NCBI GenBank assembly: GCA_051294905.1
Contig: CM119371.1
Span: forward strand, 14,448,001 to 14,512,000
Length of the DNA stretch: 64,000 nt
Source of the DNA: Botryllus schlosseri
Lineage: Eukaryota
Reading direction: 5' to 3'
Shown: in pieces, positions 61,235-64,000 of the stretch
Layout of the letters: each line of letters opens with the position of its first letter
How positions within the stretch are numbered: the stretch's first letter is position 1
Made by a program: the position numbers and the translations under genes
The notes under the pieces: model-generated
Told to the model about the DNA's origin: nothing
What the model saw: the letters and a program-made list of their open reading frames with translations, nothing else
The model's database searches: none

Positions 61235-61643
61235 AAGTGGTTCCCTCCCAACGTGGGCGATATCGCCCCCAGTGGGCGATTTGGAGAATCAAGGAGGTGA
61301 AAATACCAAAGGGGGCGATTGGGGGATGATGGGGGGCAAACTTGTTAGAACGTCCAGTGAGATATATTTTATTAGCAAAAATGCACGTGCAGAGGGCATA
61401 CTCTGCGTATTATGCGAAAGTGTACTAAAAAAGAACAACACAACAGAAAGTAGTAGCGGAAGACGGTTTCCGAGCATAGTCTCGGAAAAATGATATTTTT
61501 GAGCCAATTCACACCAGTGATCAAAGTTAGGCGTATAAATTTCCCGTTTATTTGTCGTTTTTTTTCTGACTCAAAATTTTTTTTTTAGGGGGGGGGCGAA
61601 AATTTGCGGGAGGCGATGAGTCGAAAAAGGTTAGGTACCACTG
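61235..61643. mobile_element. Diverged, inverted copy of the 1746-2090 MITE family
   Basis: CCCAACGTGGGCGATATCGCCCCC and GGCGATGAGTCGAAAAAGGTT..ACCACTG match the reverse complement of 1746-2090. Confidence 0.8.
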
Positions 61644-61979
61644 GGCTAGTTATCTAGTGTTTAAAACAAGAAGCAGATATAGTAAAGGAACCGCCGTCAT
61701 GGTGCGAATTACCCTTGTATATAACAGTAAATCCGAAAAAAAATCAATCACTGCCGCTTGGCATAGATAAGAAAGCGTCATTGCTACAGGCGTATAGTCG
61801 GGATGGAAATTGGGACTACCGCATTTGAATTTGAAGGTTGAGGCGATAATCTTCCCAAGATTATATGAAGTCACGGATCCAGTGGTGAAATAGTCCGAAA
61901 GCATGACGTAACAATGCCGAGGATGAAGTTTCACGAGAGGTAAAGGGGAATTTCGCCCATGGATTAGCCACCGGTCGTT

Positions 61980-62221
61980 GCGAGATAGTGTAATGGTTGT
62001 GCATCCAGCTTCTCGATTGGTAGGTCGTGGGTTCGATCCCCGGCCGGGTCAGATCAAAGACTCGAAAACTGGTATCCGCGGCTGTCCTGCTAGGCGCTCA
62101 GCAATCACGGATAGCATGGAGGAGAAAAAACCGGGGGTGCAGACTAGATGGCCTTACTATAAAGGCCGTATCGCATCTCCATCGTCAAAGCATCTCGATG
62201 GTGCAGGCGAAAAAGAATACC

Positions 62222-62267
<46 letters not shown>
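61980..62267 (+). mobile_element. tRNA-derived SINE, family B, (TC)n tail
   Basis: A box TAGTGTAATGG, B box GGTTCGATCCC; about 21 CT units at 62226-62267; second copy at 21690-21950. Confidence 0.88.
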
Positions 62268-62271
<4 letters not shown>

Positions 62272-62571
62272 CCCGTAGATCCCTAATTGCGGGTTTCCGG
62301 TTTTAAATGTTATCGGCATTTTAATGTTGAAACAAGATATCTTGCTCTCATTCTCTGTCTGTGTTTGCCAGACTACATATGTTGCGTGGAACGGATTGTG
62401 CGCCAGGCTGCTACAAACTGGCTCAATTGATTCCAGATACGTTCAGCTCTGAATACCGCATTGCTTCTAACACATCCTTATTATATCACTGTCAACGTAA
62501 TTGACAACAGGAGCCTAATAGCCCCAACTCAAAATTGCCATCGATTTTACTGGACCTGCTTCGGTCTACCA

Positions 62572-63260
62572 CAGGGGTCGCCAACTCAAAATGGGTCGCG
62601 GGCCACTTTTCAAAATTCCTAGAGGCCGCGGGCCGCATGACTTCAATATCGAGAATAACATAGCCAACACAGCTCTCTGCTGTGATCTCTTACATGGGCG
62701 ATGGACATAGTCACCACAAAATAAATGATATTTTATTGAACAAACACAGATACAACAAAAAATATCATGCTCATCAATTTCATTATATTTTGAACTATTA
62801 GCTGCACACGATACTATTACTGCACACTCTGTAGCAACTAAAACATCAGGGGTGGGCAACCTTTTTGCTATTCACGGCCACATTTCGATTACTCATGTAG
62901 CCCGCGGCTGCATTCCGGTGCATAGTGGTGATAAACAAACTGGGGCCAAATATCCACGTCAAACTCACCATGTCCATTGCTGGTACACTCCGGACAAATC
63001 TATTTACGCATATCGGCTTACTATGGGCACCGATACCGTGAACATAGTCATGTTATGAAGAACGACAGGGATACGCACTGTAGTCGCGCGAAGCGCGAAA
63101 ACTTTTTCATGTTTATGAGTGAATTTCATCATTTCATATTAGTATAGTTTCACATATTACTATCAAATATTCATCCTTTCTCCGCCCATGTGATCAGATT
63201 CACCGGTAGAGTTTATGCAGGGGGGGGGTGCAAACACTCAGAGAACTTATTAATGCTGGG
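62572..63260. mobile_element. Left ends of two Charlie-type hAT MITEs (62572 and 62847); right ends not identified
   Basis: CAGGGGTCGCCAAC..CGCGGGCC and CAGGGGTGGGCAACC; 63085-63215 resembles the reverse complement of the internal unit of 38371-40234. Confidence 0.6.
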
Positions 63261-64000
63261 GTGCATCTTTGGGTAGTCCAATTCTCATTAGTCCCCTATG
63301 TTGCATGCAGTTATTTCTTGACCTCCCATTAGAATTGTCGTTATAGTGGAAATATATTGGATTCGCCCAAACGCAGACCTACCAGAAAAAAAATCGGGAA
63401 GAGGAGAACACGATTCAAAATTGGTATTTCTTTATGGGTCGCATCATTTTCTCCACTGTTCACATCTGTACTGTGGGACTCAGACTACAAAGGACACTGC
63501 TGTATTAAAATCAAAAATCAACTCGCATAAAAGCGCAGATAGCGCGAAGAAAATTTCAAGAATAATTCTAACCTCACATTAATTAGGGAGTCAATTCGTA
63601 AATTCAATTTGCATAATATTGACAGCCACCAACACATCCTAATTGCATTGAGTATTGACGGCCGCATAATTTTTCTTCTACTGCCGCAGATTGGCCGCCC
63701 CATGATTAAAGAATCGATATTGGGGCTAGTTGTAGACACGGAACGACGGTAGCCTATTTGCTAGAAAACTATCTCCTCGTAAAGCATGATTTATTGGAGA
63801 GTCCGAAATCGTTTATCAAGCCTCCCGGTCTTGGCAGTGGTGGGCCATTGCACGCCAAGGCAATATGCCCATTCATATCAGCAAATTATTCGTCCATATA
63901 TAATGGTATTACCATGCCGAACCGCAGGAATAGTTTGTTTTTGTTTGTTTGTTTTATTGATACAAGAACAGTGGCGCTTTTCGCCTAGTAAAGCCATGTG

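Overview
AT-rich eukaryotic (animal, probably invertebrate; a tunicate is my low-confidence guess) genomic DNA with GT-AG introns and dense transposon cover. It holds two divergently oriented GPCR genes. (1) Minus strand, 14681-17296: an orphan class A 7TM receptor with a signal peptide and a Cys-rich N-terminal ectodomain of about 200 aa; two in-frame TAA codons interrupt an otherwise frameshift-free frame. (2) Plus strand, 27627 to about 60847: an intact metabotropic-glutamate-receptor-like class C GPCR, assembled by hand from 21 phase-consistent coding exons plus a tentative 22nd, with substitutions at glutamate-selectivity residues. Introns and intergenic DNA carry many hAT-type MITEs with 8-bp TSDs (often nested), three hAT transposase remnants, a 2.1-kb PIF/Harbinger whose transposase and Myb/SANT ORFs overlap antisense, a long-TIR ISL2EU-like element, a GC-rich 5'-truncated RTE LINE, three tRNA-derived SINE families and many TAGGC(C)TA putative excision footprints. 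I saw no CRISPR array, rRNA or bona fide tRNA gene. All calls are by eye; no database search was run.
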